Assembly: GCA_023269675.1 (NCBI GenBank)
Contig: JAHFSX010000003.1
Span: forward strand, 255,018-319,017
DNA length: 64,000 nt
Direction: 5' to 3'
DNA from: Verrucomicrobiota bacterium
GTDB lineage: Bacteria; Verrucomicrobiota; Kiritimatiellia; RFP12; UBA1067
The notes beneath the pieces are model-generated. The model was not told where the DNA came from. It saw nothing but the letters and a program-made list of their open reading frames with translations, and did not search any database. How positions within the stretch are numbered: the first letter of the stretch is position 1; each line of letters opens with the position of its first letter. A program made the position numbers and the translations under genes. Below, piece after piece: positions 28,319 to 36,337 of the stretch.

Positions 28319-29368
28319 CTAGGGCTGTTGGCCGAGCGCGTTGAGCCGCGCCTCGAGCGCCGCCACGCGCTGCTTGAGCTTCTCGACTTGGCGCGGCACG
28401 AGGAGGGTTGCGGCGAACTCGCGCTTGGGGTAGGCCGGCAGACCGAGGTAGTACTCGCCTTCGGGGACGTCTTTGGAGAGCCCGCTCTTGGGGCCAACCT
28501 GTGCGCGGTCGCCGATCGTGAGGTGGCCGGAGAGCCCGGCCTGCGCCCAGATGATGCAGCCCGAGCCGATCCGCGTGCTGCCCGCCACCCCGGCCTGGGC
28601 GATGATGCCGCTGTAGTCGCCGACCTGCACGTTATGGCCGATCTGCACGAGGTTATCGATTTTGGTGCTGTTGCCGATGCGCGTGCGCCCGAAGCGCGCG
28701 CGGTCGATGGTGGCGTTGCAGCCGACCTCCACATCGTCGCCCAGTTCTACAATGCCGAGCTGAGGGATCTTTTCGATCGAGATTGTGCCGTCCGGGCGGA
28801 ACACCGGGTTGTAACCGTAGCCGTCCCCGCCGATCCGCACACCGGAGTGCAGGATCACGCGCCGTCCGAGCTTGCAGCCCTCGCGGACGGTCACCTGCGG
28901 ATAGATGTGGCAGCCCTCGCCCAGCTCGACGCGCGCGCCGACGAACACCTGGGCCTCGATCACCGCGCGGTCGCCGATGACGGCGCCGTCCTCGATCACG
29001 GTCCACGGCCCGACGTGGACATCCTGCCCTAAGCGCGCACTCGGGGCGATCACGGCGGTCGGGTGGATCCCCGGCGCGCGCGCCACCGGCGGAGGCGCGA
29101 ACCACACCGCGGCCTGGGAGAACGCGCGGTTCGGGTCTTGGACGCGGATGACGGCCGGCGCAGGGCACGTTCCCTGCCACGCCTGCGGCACCAGCACCGC
29201 GCTTGCGCGCGTAGCGCTCAGGTGCCTCGCGTATTTCGCGTCTTTAAAGAACGAGACGTCCCCGGCGCGGGCCTCCGTCAGGCTCGCGAGGGCGACGATC
29301 TCGAGAGACCCGTCGCCCGTGAGATCCCCGCCCAGGCGCTCCGCCAGTTCATGGACCGTCATGGACAT
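28319..29368 (-). CDS. lpxD: UDP-3-O-(3-hydroxyacyl)glucosamine N-acyltransferase
   Basis: N-terminal LpxD domain followed by left-handed beta-helix hexapeptide repeats; TAATG overlap with the skp stop. Confidence 0.85.
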   Translation of the reverse strand: MSMTVHELAERLGGDLTGDGSLEIVALASLTEARAGDVSFFKDAKYARHLSATRASAVLVPQAWQGTCPAPAVIRVQDPNRAFSQAAVWFAPPPVARAPGIHPTAVIAPSARLGQDVHVGPWTVIEDGAVIGDRAVIEAQVFVGARVELGEGCHIYPQVTVREGCKLGRRVILHSGVRIGGDGYGYNPVFRPDGTISIEKIPQLGIVELGDDVEVGCNATIDRARFGRTRIGNSTKIDNLVQIGHNVQVGDYSGIIAQAGVAGSTRIGSGCIIWAQAGLSGHLTIGDRAQVGPKSGLSKDVPEGEYYLGLPAYPKREFAATLLVPRQVEKLKQRVAALEARLNALGQQP

Positions 29369-29976
29369 TACTTCTTCCCGGCGGTCGCGGCGGCTTTATC
29401 AGCCTTGTCCTTCTCGGCCTTGTCCTTGGCTTCTTTGCGGACTTTGGGGTCCACGCCCATGCGCTTCAGGACGTCATCGGTCACTTCCAGCTTAGGGTCG
29501 AAATAGGCCATGGTGGTGCCGTCGAGGATGATGGTGAACTTGCTCTCCTGCGCGTATTTCGAGAGCACGTCGCGGATGTCGCCGGTGACCTGGCGCAGCA
29601 GGCGCGTGTCAAGTTCGCTGAGCTCACGCTGAAGCTTCTGCATTTCCTGGCGCAGGTCGCGGTCCGCCTCGGCCAGCACATCGCGGTGCTTCATGGCCTT
29701 GTCCTCGGCCTCGGATTTCGCCTTGTCGTTCAGCGCCGGATTACGGGCATCCTTCACGGCCTTCTCGTAATCGTCGCGGAGCTGTTCGAAGCGGTCGCGC
29801 TGCTTGTCGAGCTTGGTCTGAAACTCCTTCTCCGTGTCCTGCATCAGCTTGCGGTCGCGCTCACGGCTCGGATGAAAACGGACGAGGTCCACCATGTTGA
29901 CCACGGCGGTCTTCTCCTGGGCCGTCACGAGCGTCGCGGCCATGCAGGCCGCCAAAATCAAACTTGCACATTTCAT
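29368..29976 (-). CDS. skp: periplasmic chaperone Skp (OmpH)
   Basis: Signal peptide MKCASLILAACMAATLVTAQE; long K/E/D/R-rich coiled-coil body; AAGGAGA SD; position between bamA and lpxD. Confidence 0.8.
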   Translation of the reverse strand: MKCASLILAACMAATLVTAQEKTAVVNMVDLVRFHPSRERDRKLMQDTEKEFQTKLDKQRDRFEQLRDDYEKAVKDARNPALNDKAKSEAEDKAMKHRDVLAEADRDLRQEMQKLQRELSELDTRLLRQVTGDIRDVLSKYAQESKFTIILDGTTMAYFDPKLEVTDDVLKRMGVDPKVRKEAKDKAEKDKADKAAATAGKK

Positions 29977-30000
29977 GAGTATTCTCCTTTTTTTAAACCG

Positions 30001-30055
30001 GGCAGGGACGCCTCTCTGCGGCGTCCGCGGCGCGTTCGGCGAACGCGCCCTGCCC
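30001..30055. repeat. REP-like element family 1: two adjacent hairpins (GGACGCC-tctctgc-GGCGTCC and GGCGCGTTC-ggc-GAACGCGCC) enclosed by outer GGCAGGG/CCCTGCC arms
   Basis: Between the bamA stop (30084) and the skp start (29976); homologous to 26242-26266 and 53655-53699. Confidence 0.6.
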
Positions 30056-30083
30056 AACAGCCTGCCAACCTAAAGACCTGACC

Positions 30084-32453
30084 TTATTCAAAACCGATCG
30101 CGAACGAGAAGAACTCCTCGTTGGTGGCATCGTCATCCGTAACCACCGGCTTCGCAACGTCGAAGCGGATCGGGAATCCCGGGATATCGATGCGGAGGCC
30201 GACGCCGACCGCCATGCACACGTCGGAAAGCTGGGGGTCAAACGCGTCCTGTCCCAACGAGCCAACGTCCGAGAAGGTGGCGAAGCGCACCGCCTTGAAG
30301 ATCGGGATCGAATACTCGGCCGTGGCGAGCGCGAGGGTCTTTCCGCCAATCGGCGCGTGGCTGTCGCTGCTGCTCGGTTCGCGGTACAGCTTCGGTCCGA
30401 CATCGCGGTATTCGACGCCGCGGATCGTCCGCGGGCCGCCCAGGAAGAGGCTCTCGTAGATCGGCAGCTCGCCGCTGTAGGCGTCCACCGTCTCCATGCG
30501 TCCGCGCAGGCTCAGCACGTGCTTGTACCACGGCATGCGGTACCAGTGACGGTAGTTCGCGCCCATCTTGTAGAACTCGTTGTCGCCGAAAGCGCCCTCG
30601 GAACCCTCCGCGAACACCGTGGTCTGGTAGCCCTTGGTCGGGACGAACGGCTGATCTCGTGTGTCATGCGCCCAGTAGAGCCGCATCACGCTGTTGATCG
30701 CGTCGCCGTAGGTGTCGTCCTGGTACTGGAAGTACTGGTTCGCGTCGCCGTTATACGATTCCGGCGTGGATTCCGACCCATCTTTATTGAACCACTCGCT
30801 CTGGTTCACGTCGTCCATCTGCACCAGCTCCAGGGTGTAGCGCGCGCCGATGCGGCCGACCTTGACCGGGTAGGAGAGCCCCGCCGAAGCGCCGGTGCGG
30901 ATCTCGTCGTACTGGTCAAACCAGCGCATGCGCCGGTAGGCTTCAACCGTCAGAGCCAGGGGGCGGTCCATGAACCAGGGCTCGGTGAGGGAGACCTCCG
31001 CCGTCTGACGCCGCGAACCGGCTTCGAGGCCCAACCGCGCCCGCTGCCCGCCGCCCGTGAAGTTCGGCCAGTTCAGGATGTCGAAGTTGCTCTGGGTCAG
31101 CTCCATGAAGCCCACCAGGCTGTCCACGCTGGAGTAGCCGGCGCCGACCATGAAGTTGCCGGTGCGCTGCTCTTCCACGTCGTACACCAGATCACGCGTG
31201 CCCGGCTGGTTCGCCCCCTCGGTGTAGTGGCGGACATTGGAGAAATAGCCGAGGTTCTTGAGACGGTTCTCGCTGGTCTCGATGCGCACCTCGTTCATGA
31301 TCTCGCCGGGGCTGACCAGGACCTCGCGGCGGATGACCTTGTCTTTGGTCTTGTTGTTGCCGCGGATCACAATGTTGCGGATGTAGACCAGCTCGCCCTC
31401 GCGCACGTCGAACGTGATCGCCATGCGGCCCGGCTTGCCCGGAACCGTCTCTTTAATGGGCTTCACCAGCGTGTCCACGTACCCGCGCGAGCCGTAATAG
31501 TCGCGGATGTCCTTGGCGGCGGCATCGATGCGCTGGCGCCCGGCCACGTCGTTGACCTTCAGACGCGACGCCGACGACGCCTTCACCTCTTGCTCAGGGA
31601 AGAGCTTGACCCCGCGGATCGCCGTGGATTCCACGCTGTACACGTCGCCCTCGGTGACCGCGAAAACCACATCCACCTTGTCTTTGCCGACCTTCTCCAT
31701 GACCGGCGTGGCGACTACGGCGTCCTGAAAACCACGGTCTTTATACACATCCTCGGCCTGCTGGCGGGCATCTTCCAGATCCTGAGCCGAGACCGGCGTG
31801 TCGGTGAACCAGCCGCGCGGGTCATACCACGGGCGCTGCCCGAAGGTGGCGCGCAGGTCTTCGGCCAAGATCGAGGGATTGCCGGTAAAGGTGTAGTTGC
31901 GGATCTTGGCGCGGTCACCCTCGGTCACCGTGAAGATCACGTTCGCGGAACCCGCGCTGCCCTCGATCGGCTGGATCTCCGCACCGATCTTGACGTTCGG
32001 GAAGAATTTCTTCACATACTCGTCGCGGATCTTGCCGGCCTTGGACGACAGGATCGGCTCGTCGATGAAATCGCCGTTCTTGAGTTCGGAGAGTTTGCGG
32101 ATCTTGCTCTCGCTCAGGTAGTCGGCGCCCTTGATGGCCAGCGGCCCCTGAAAACGGTAGCGGCGTTTCACCACAAAAACCACGCGCAGGCCGTCGTCCA
32201 GCTTTTCGATCTCCACGCCCGCATAGCCGAAGCGGCCGGTGTCGAGCAGCGCGCGCACGTCCTTCGAAAGCGCCTCCTGCGAGAGTTCCGTGCCGGCGGT
32301 CACGCTGCAGTACGACAACACGTCTGTGGCGTCGGTGCCGAACTGGTCCAGCACGCGGACCTTCACGTCCTTCACTGTATTGCCCGCGCCCATGACCCAC
32401 CCGGCCGCAAACATCACGACCACCGCTAACGCACGTATCGATCTACGCATCAT
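30084..32453 (-). CDS. bamA: outer membrane protein assembly factor BamA (POTRA repeats + Omp85 barrel)
   Basis: 789 aa; signal peptide; POTRA-like N-terminal repeats; C-terminal beta-barrel ending ...FSFAIGFEF-like aromatic terminus (FAIGFE). Confidence 0.85.
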   Translation of the reverse strand: MMRRSIRALAVVVMFAAGWVMGAGNTVKDVKVRVLDQFGTDATDVLSYCSVTAGTELSQEALSKDVRALLDTGRFGYAGVEIEKLDDGLRVVFVVKRRYRFQGPLAIKGADYLSESKIRKLSELKNGDFIDEPILSSKAGKIRDEYVKKFFPNVKIGAEIQPIEGSAGSANVIFTVTEGDRAKIRNYTFTGNPSILAEDLRATFGQRPWYDPRGWFTDTPVSAQDLEDARQQAEDVYKDRGFQDAVVATPVMEKVGKDKVDVVFAVTEGDVYSVESTAIRGVKLFPEQEVKASSASRLKVNDVAGRQRIDAAAKDIRDYYGSRGYVDTLVKPIKETVPGKPGRMAITFDVREGELVYIRNIVIRGNNKTKDKVIRREVLVSPGEIMNEVRIETSENRLKNLGYFSNVRHYTEGANQPGTRDLVYDVEEQRTGNFMVGAGYSSVDSLVGFMELTQSNFDILNWPNFTGGGQRARLGLEAGSRRQTAEVSLTEPWFMDRPLALTVEAYRRMRWFDQYDEIRTGASAGLSYPVKVGRIGARYTLELVQMDDVNQSEWFNKDGSESTPESYNGDANQYFQYQDDTYGDAINSVMRLYWAHDTRDQPFVPTKGYQTTVFAEGSEGAFGDNEFYKMGANYRHWYRMPWYKHVLSLRGRMETVDAYSGELPIYESLFLGGPRTIRGVEYRDVGPKLYREPSSSDSHAPIGGKTLALATAEYSIPIFKAVRFATFSDVGSLGQDAFDPQLSDVCMAVGVGLRIDIPGFPIRFDVAKPVVTDDDATNEEFFSFAIGFE

Positions 32454-32634
32454 TCCACTCCTCGCTTGTTATGCACGCGAACCAAAACAGCCGACCGCGC
32501 TGCGGAATCACTCCGCGGCGCGTCCGGCATCCGAATAAAAACGCTCCTTAAAATAAGGATTTAAAATTAAACCCTATCCTGTGCCGAAACACAAGCCCGT
32601 ATGTGGACTGAATTGGACGGCAGACGCTGAGATT

Positions 32635-33471
32635 TCAACGCTGATAGGCGCCCGGGTCGAGCGGCGCGATGTCGAAGTCGGGTTTCCAGTTCGGGGAAGC
32701 GCTGTAGAAGCGCATCGCCGTGTTGAAGACCAGATCGGCGATCACGGACTCGCTGTGGCCGTCCTTGCGCATGAAATCGACCACCTTGACGAGCGAAAGC
32801 GGGTCGGAGACGCCCCAGTCCGCCGAGCCGTTGACGATCACCCTCTCCTGGCCGTACTGCTTGACCATCGCCGAGACCCGCTCCGGATTGAGCTTGGAGT
32901 AGGGGTAGACCGTCATGCCCGCGTAGCACCCCGAATCCAGCGTGTGCCGGATGGTCTCCTCGGTGTTGTGGTCCACATCGATGCGCTCGACCGTCAGCCC
33001 CTCGGCCTTGATGATTTCGAAGATCCGCAGCGCGCCCCGCAGCTTGTCGACGTGCGGCAGATGCAGGATCACCGGCATCCGGCGCTCTTCTGCGAGCCGC
33101 AGTTGGCGGATCAGGGCGTGCTCCTCGTTGGGGGTGTTCAGATTGAGCCCGATTTCGCCCATGGCCACGCAGCGGGGATGGTCCAGATACGGCGCCAGCC
33201 CGTCGATCACCTCGTCCGCCAGCACGCGGTCGTCCGCCTCTTTGGGGTTCATCGCGATCGCGCAGAAGTGGTCGATGCCGAAGCGCGCCGCGCGCACGGT
33301 CTCGAACTCCAGGATCAGCCGGAAATAGTCGAAGAACGACCCCGCATAGCGGCGGTTGGCGCCGAGCCAGAACGAGGGTTCCACGCAGGCCCGGATGCCG
33401 GCCCGGTACAGGGCCTGGTACTCGTCCGTCGTGCGCGACAGCATGTGGATGTGCGGTTCAATGATCGTCAT
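32635..33471 (-). CDS. TatD-family metal-dependent hydrolase
   Basis: MTIIEPHIHM N-terminal His motif, internal HLPHVD and C-terminal Asp typical of the TatD/amidohydrolase TIM-barrel. Confidence 0.7.
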   Translation of the reverse strand: MTIIEPHIHMLSRTTDEYQALYRAGIRACVEPSFWLGANRRYAGSFFDYFRLILEFETVRAARFGIDHFCAIAMNPKEADDRVLADEVIDGLAPYLDHPRCVAMGEIGLNLNTPNEEHALIRQLRLAEERRMPVILHLPHVDKLRGALRIFEIIKAEGLTVERIDVDHNTEETIRHTLDSGCYAGMTVYPYSKLNPERVSAMVKQYGQERVIVNGSADWGVSDPLSLVKVVDFMRKDGHSESVIADLVFNTAMRFYSASPNWKPDFDIAPLDPGAYQR

Positions 33472-33655
33472 AATCGCCTCTCAAACGGAACGCTCGCGGT
33501 CCCATCCCGTTAAACGCCCCCAGTTAACCACGGGTTCACGCCCGCGTCAACCGTTTCCCCCTGCCGTGCAGGTTTACGCGTTGCGCCATAATGAATGACC
33601 CCTTGATGGGAGCGGGCTCGGGGTTGGGGAGGCCTCGGGTGAAAAGGCGGAGGGG

Positions 33656-33684
33656 TTGCAATTGAGGAACGCATTCAGTACAAT
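33656..33684 (+). promoter_or_regulatory. strong sigma70-like promoter (TTGCAA-N17-TACAAT) upstream of ykgJ-like gene
   Basis: Near-consensus hexamers with a 17-nt spacer, read directly from the sequence. Confidence 0.5.
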
Positions 33685-33735
33685 TTCAACGTGTCGTTGA
33701 GTGCGCCGCGAATGCTTTAGATCGGATGGGGTGCC

Positions 33736-34377
33736 ATGACCTTGCGCGAACAACATGTGAACCTTGCCCGGGAGACTCCGTACGCCTTTGCGTGTCAGAG
33801 GTGCCTGGGCTGTTGCCGGGCGAAGCGGATTCAGGTGAATCCGTACGAGGTCGGCCGGTTGGCCCGCCCGTTAGGGATCTCGACCACGACGCTCATCCGC
33901 CGGCACACCATGAACGGATCATACCTTAAGTTTAACGCGGAGAACGTCTGCCCGTTCCTCACGGCCGACGGGTGCGGTGTCCACCGTGACCGACCGCTGG
34001 TTTGCCGCCTGTATCCGCTGGGCCGGCATGTCGCCGAGACCGGCGAGGAGTGGTTCACGGAGTTTGAGTCCGAGCCGGGGTGCGCCGGCCTGCGCGGGGC
34101 TGATCAAACCATTCAGTCCTATCTCGAGGAGCAGGGGGCCTTGCCCTTCATGCGGGCCGCGGATCTCTATCTGGCGCTGTACTGGAAGCTGGCGGTGCTG
34201 GTCGAAACGCCGGACGGCGGACACGCGCCGGCGCGCGTGTCCCGCACCTCGTGGGCCGACCTGGATGCGGCCGTCGGCGCCTATTGTCGCGAGACGCACC
34301 GTCCCGTGCCCGCCGCGGACGATGAAAAGATGTTGCTCCATATTCATGCCATCGAAACATGGGCGGAGTCGCCCTGA
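33736..34377 (+). CDS. YkgJ-family cysteine-cluster protein (putative Zn/Fe-chelating domain, UPF0153)
   Basis: CQRCLGCC ... CPFL ... GCGVHRDRPLVCRLYP cysteine pattern. Confidence 0.65.
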   Translation: MTLREQHVNLARETPYAFACQRCLGCCRAKRIQVNPYEVGRLARPLGISTTTLIRRHTMNGSYLKFNAENVCPFLTADGCGVHRDRPLVCRLYPLGRHVAETGEEWFTEFESEPGCAGLRGADQTIQSYLEEQGALPFMRAADLYLALYWKLAVLVETPDGGHAPARVSRTSWADLDAAVGAYCRETHRPVPAADDEKMLLHIHAIETWAESP

Positions 34378-34390
34378 AAGGAAAGAAGCC

Positions 34391-34723
34391 ATGAAATGCA
34401 GGAAAAACCGGGCCATCACACTGGCCACAGCCGCCTCGTTGGGACTTTCGCTCGGCATCGGAGCGGGGAATGCCCTCGCGGCTCAAGCGGATAATCAGAC
34501 GGGAACCTCCGGCACCAACAAGATGTCGCGGCAGATCAAAATGTCGACGCAGGAAAAGATGTCGACGCAGGAAAAGATGTCGACCCAGCGGAATGTCTCT
34601 GACCAGCACAAGGTGTCTGACCAGCACAAGGTGTCCACCCAGCAAAAGGTCTCGGACCAGATCAAGTGGTCAAACCAGCAGAAGCTCTCCAACCAGATTA
34701 AGATGGACATGCCGGACAAGTGA
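34391..34723 (+). CDS. small secreted protein consisting of 11 tandem hexapeptide repeats (x-K-[MVWL]-S-x-Q)
   Basis: AAGGAAAG SD; signal peptide MKCRKNRAITLATAASLGLSLGIGAGNALAAQA; then NKMSRQ IKMSTQ EKMSTQ EKMSTQ RNVSDQ HKVSDQ HKVSTQ QKVSDQ IKWSNQ QKLSNQ IKMDMP; underlying 18-bp DNA tandem repeats. Confidence 0.6.
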   Translation: MKCRKNRAITLATAASLGLSLGIGAGNALAAQADNQTGTSGTNKMSRQIKMSTQEKMSTQEKMSTQRNVSDQHKVSDQHKVSTQQKVSDQIKWSNQQKLSNQIKMDMPDK

Positions 34724-34748
34724 GGGCGTCGTTCTCTGGATGAGGTGT

Positions 34749-34830
34749 GGAGGGCGAGCGTCCTCGCGATCCGCGTGGCGGCTGGCCTGCGGCGCGGCCG
34801 GGCCTCGCCCTCCATGGGCTATGAAAAGTG
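34749..34830. repeat. REP-like element family 2 (GTGGAGGGCGAGCGTCCTCGCG ... GCCTCGCCCTCCATGGGCTATGAAAAG)
   Basis: TGGAGGGCGAG/CTCGCCCTCCA inverted arms with 19/21 identity to the 26143-26164 core; immediately downstream of the repeat-protein gene. Confidence 0.55.
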
Positions 34831-34903
34831 GTGTGCCCCAGGGTTATGGAGCTGCAGGTGGCGTGCGGTTTGTTTAGGGCGGAATTTTTTTTCAAAGGGC
34901 CTC

Positions 34904-34932
34904 TTGACGCTGTTTGGGTAATCTGGTAATTT
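34904..34932 (+). promoter_or_regulatory. candidate promoter of the rrf2-fdx-hcp unit (TTGACG-N17-TAATTT), with AT-rich dyad-like sequence across the -10
   Basis: Hexamers and spacing read directly; GGGTAAT...TTAATACCC partial dyad overlapping the -10 (possible autoregulatory operator). Confidence 0.4.
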
Positions 34933-34967
34933 AATACCCAATTAAGCGAAAGGTAGGGGTTCACCCA

Positions 34968-35396
34968 ATGCTAGGACTGTTGAATATCTCGGAGGCGATG
35001 TCGATCGCGCTGCACACCTGTGCGTGGCTTGCGGACGACCCGGAGCACTTCAGCTCCGCCCGTACGATTTCCGAGAAGCTGGGCTTTTCGCCCCACCACT
35101 TCGCCAAGGTGGTGCAGCAGCTCACGCGGGCCGGCATTCTCGAGACCGAGCGCGGCCCCGCCGGCGGCGCGCGGCTGGCGCGGCCGCCCGCCGAGATCAC
35201 CCTTCTGGAGATCTACGTCGCCGCGGGCGGCACCCCCACCTACAAGGGATGCCTGCTGAAGCACAACGTCTGCAAAGGTGACGGCTGCGGGCTGGGCAAA
35301 CTGATGGCTAAAGAGAATAAACGTCTGGTCAGCCTGTTGGGGAACGTCACGCTCGACAGCGTCGTCCGCTCGCTGAAGAAGAACCGGGCCGGCTAA
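34968..35396 (+). CDS. Rrf2-family transcriptional regulator with three-Cys Fe-S ligand motif (NsrR/IscR-like)
   Basis: N-terminal wHTH (ISEAMSIALHTCAWLA...); C-x6-C-x4-C (CLLKHNVCKGDGC) as in cluster-binding Rrf2 regulators. Confidence 0.7.
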   Translation: MLGLLNISEAMSIALHTCAWLADDPEHFSSARTISEKLGFSPHHFAKVVQQLTRAGILETERGPAGGARLARPPAEITLLEIYVAAGGTPTYKGCLLKHNVCKGDGCGLGKLMAKENKRLVSLLGNVTLDSVVRSLKKNRAG

Positions 35397-35418
35397 CCTG
35401 TTAGGAGAAGCGCACCAT

Positions 35419-36183
35419 ATGAAACGTAACATCATCACCATCGATCCGAACCTCTGCAACGGCTGCGGCCTCTGCATCAGCGCCTGTCACGAAGGGGCGC
35501 TGAAGCTTGTGGACGGCAAGGCCAAACTGGTCGCCGACAGCTATTGCGACGGCCTCGGCGCCTGCCTGCCCGAATGCCCGACCCACGCGATCAGGATCGT
35601 CGAGCGCGAGGCCGATCCGTTCGACGAGGCCGCCGTGGCCGCCAAACAGGCCTCCGAAAAGACGGCCCACGCCGCCCCGGCCCCGGTCGCCGCTCCGGCC
35701 GCCGCCGCGCCGCAACCGCTGGCCTGCGGCTGCCCCGGCAAGATGGCCAAGACCATCGTCCGTCCCCCGGTCACCGCCGAAGCGGGTGCGGAGCCCGCGG
35801 CCGGCACGGCGGTCGCCTCGCGCCTGGTCAACTGGCCTGTGCAGATCAAGCTCGTGCCGGTCAGCGCGCCCTACCTCAAGAACGCCGCGCTGCTGATCGC
35901 GGCCGACTGCACCGCCTTCGCGTATCCCGACATCCACCGCCGCTTCATGACCAACAAGGTCACGCTGATCGGCTGCCCCAAGCTGGACGAGGGCGATTAC
36001 GCGGAGAAGCTCACGGCCATCCTGCAGGCGAACGACATCCGCAGCGTCACGGTGCTCCGCATGGAGGTGCCCTGCTGCGCCGGCATCGCCAACGCCGCCA
36101 AACAGGCCGTGCTCAACTGCGGCAAGATGATCCCGTGGCACGTGGTCACGATCTCAACCGACGGCGCGATCCTGGAAGAGTGA
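35419..36183 (+). CDS. 2x[4Fe-4S] ferredoxin-domain protein with Cys-rich C-terminal domain
   Basis: CNGCGLCISAC and CDGLGACLPECP motifs; Ala/Pro-rich linker; C-terminal CGCPG...IGCPKLDEG...VPCCAGI. Confidence 0.7.
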   Translation: MKRNIITIDPNLCNGCGLCISACHEGALKLVDGKAKLVADSYCDGLGACLPECPTHAIRIVEREADPFDEAAVAAKQASEKTAHAAPAPVAAPAAAAPQPLACGCPGKMAKTIVRPPVTAEAGAEPAAGTAVASRLVNWPVQIKLVPVSAPYLKNAALLIAADCTAFAYPDIHRRFMTNKVTLIGCPKLDEGDYAEKLTAILQANDIRSVTVLRMEVPCCAGIANAAKQAVLNCGKMIPWHVVTISTDGAILEE

Positions 36184-36195
36184 TTTAAGAGGGGA

Positions 36196-36274
36196 TTAGA
36201 CTGTTAGGCTGTTCGGTCGAACGGTCGCGCGACACGTCAGATTAAGAAACGCGGCCTCCAGCCTAACAGTCTAA
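36196..36274 (+). promoter_or_regulatory. perfect 16-bp inverted repeat (TTAGACTGTTAGGCTG ... CAGCCTAACAGTCTAA) with 47-nt spacer containing GTTCGgtCGAAC and GTCGCGCGAC palindromes, between fdx and hcp
   Basis: Read directly; followed by a C/A-rich CTAACA-repeat leader and AAGGAG SD for hcp. Confidence 0.5.
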
Positions 36275-36337
36275 CAACCTAACACCCTAAAACCTTTCAC
36301 ACCCATCACACAACCCAACCCAACAAGGAGTAGTATC

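Noticed and set aside
34495-34815. Cys/Trp-rich 106-aa ORF (MEGEARPRR...WSETFCWVDTLCW...) antisense to the hexapeptide-repeat gene
   Set aside because: It starts inside the REP-like element with no SD and its repeats are just the reverse-complement reading of the sense-strand DNA repeats. The sense gene has a signal peptide and a strong SD. The resemblance of MEGE/MEGR peptides at other copies of the REP element is a by-product of the conserved CATGGAGGG palindrome arm.
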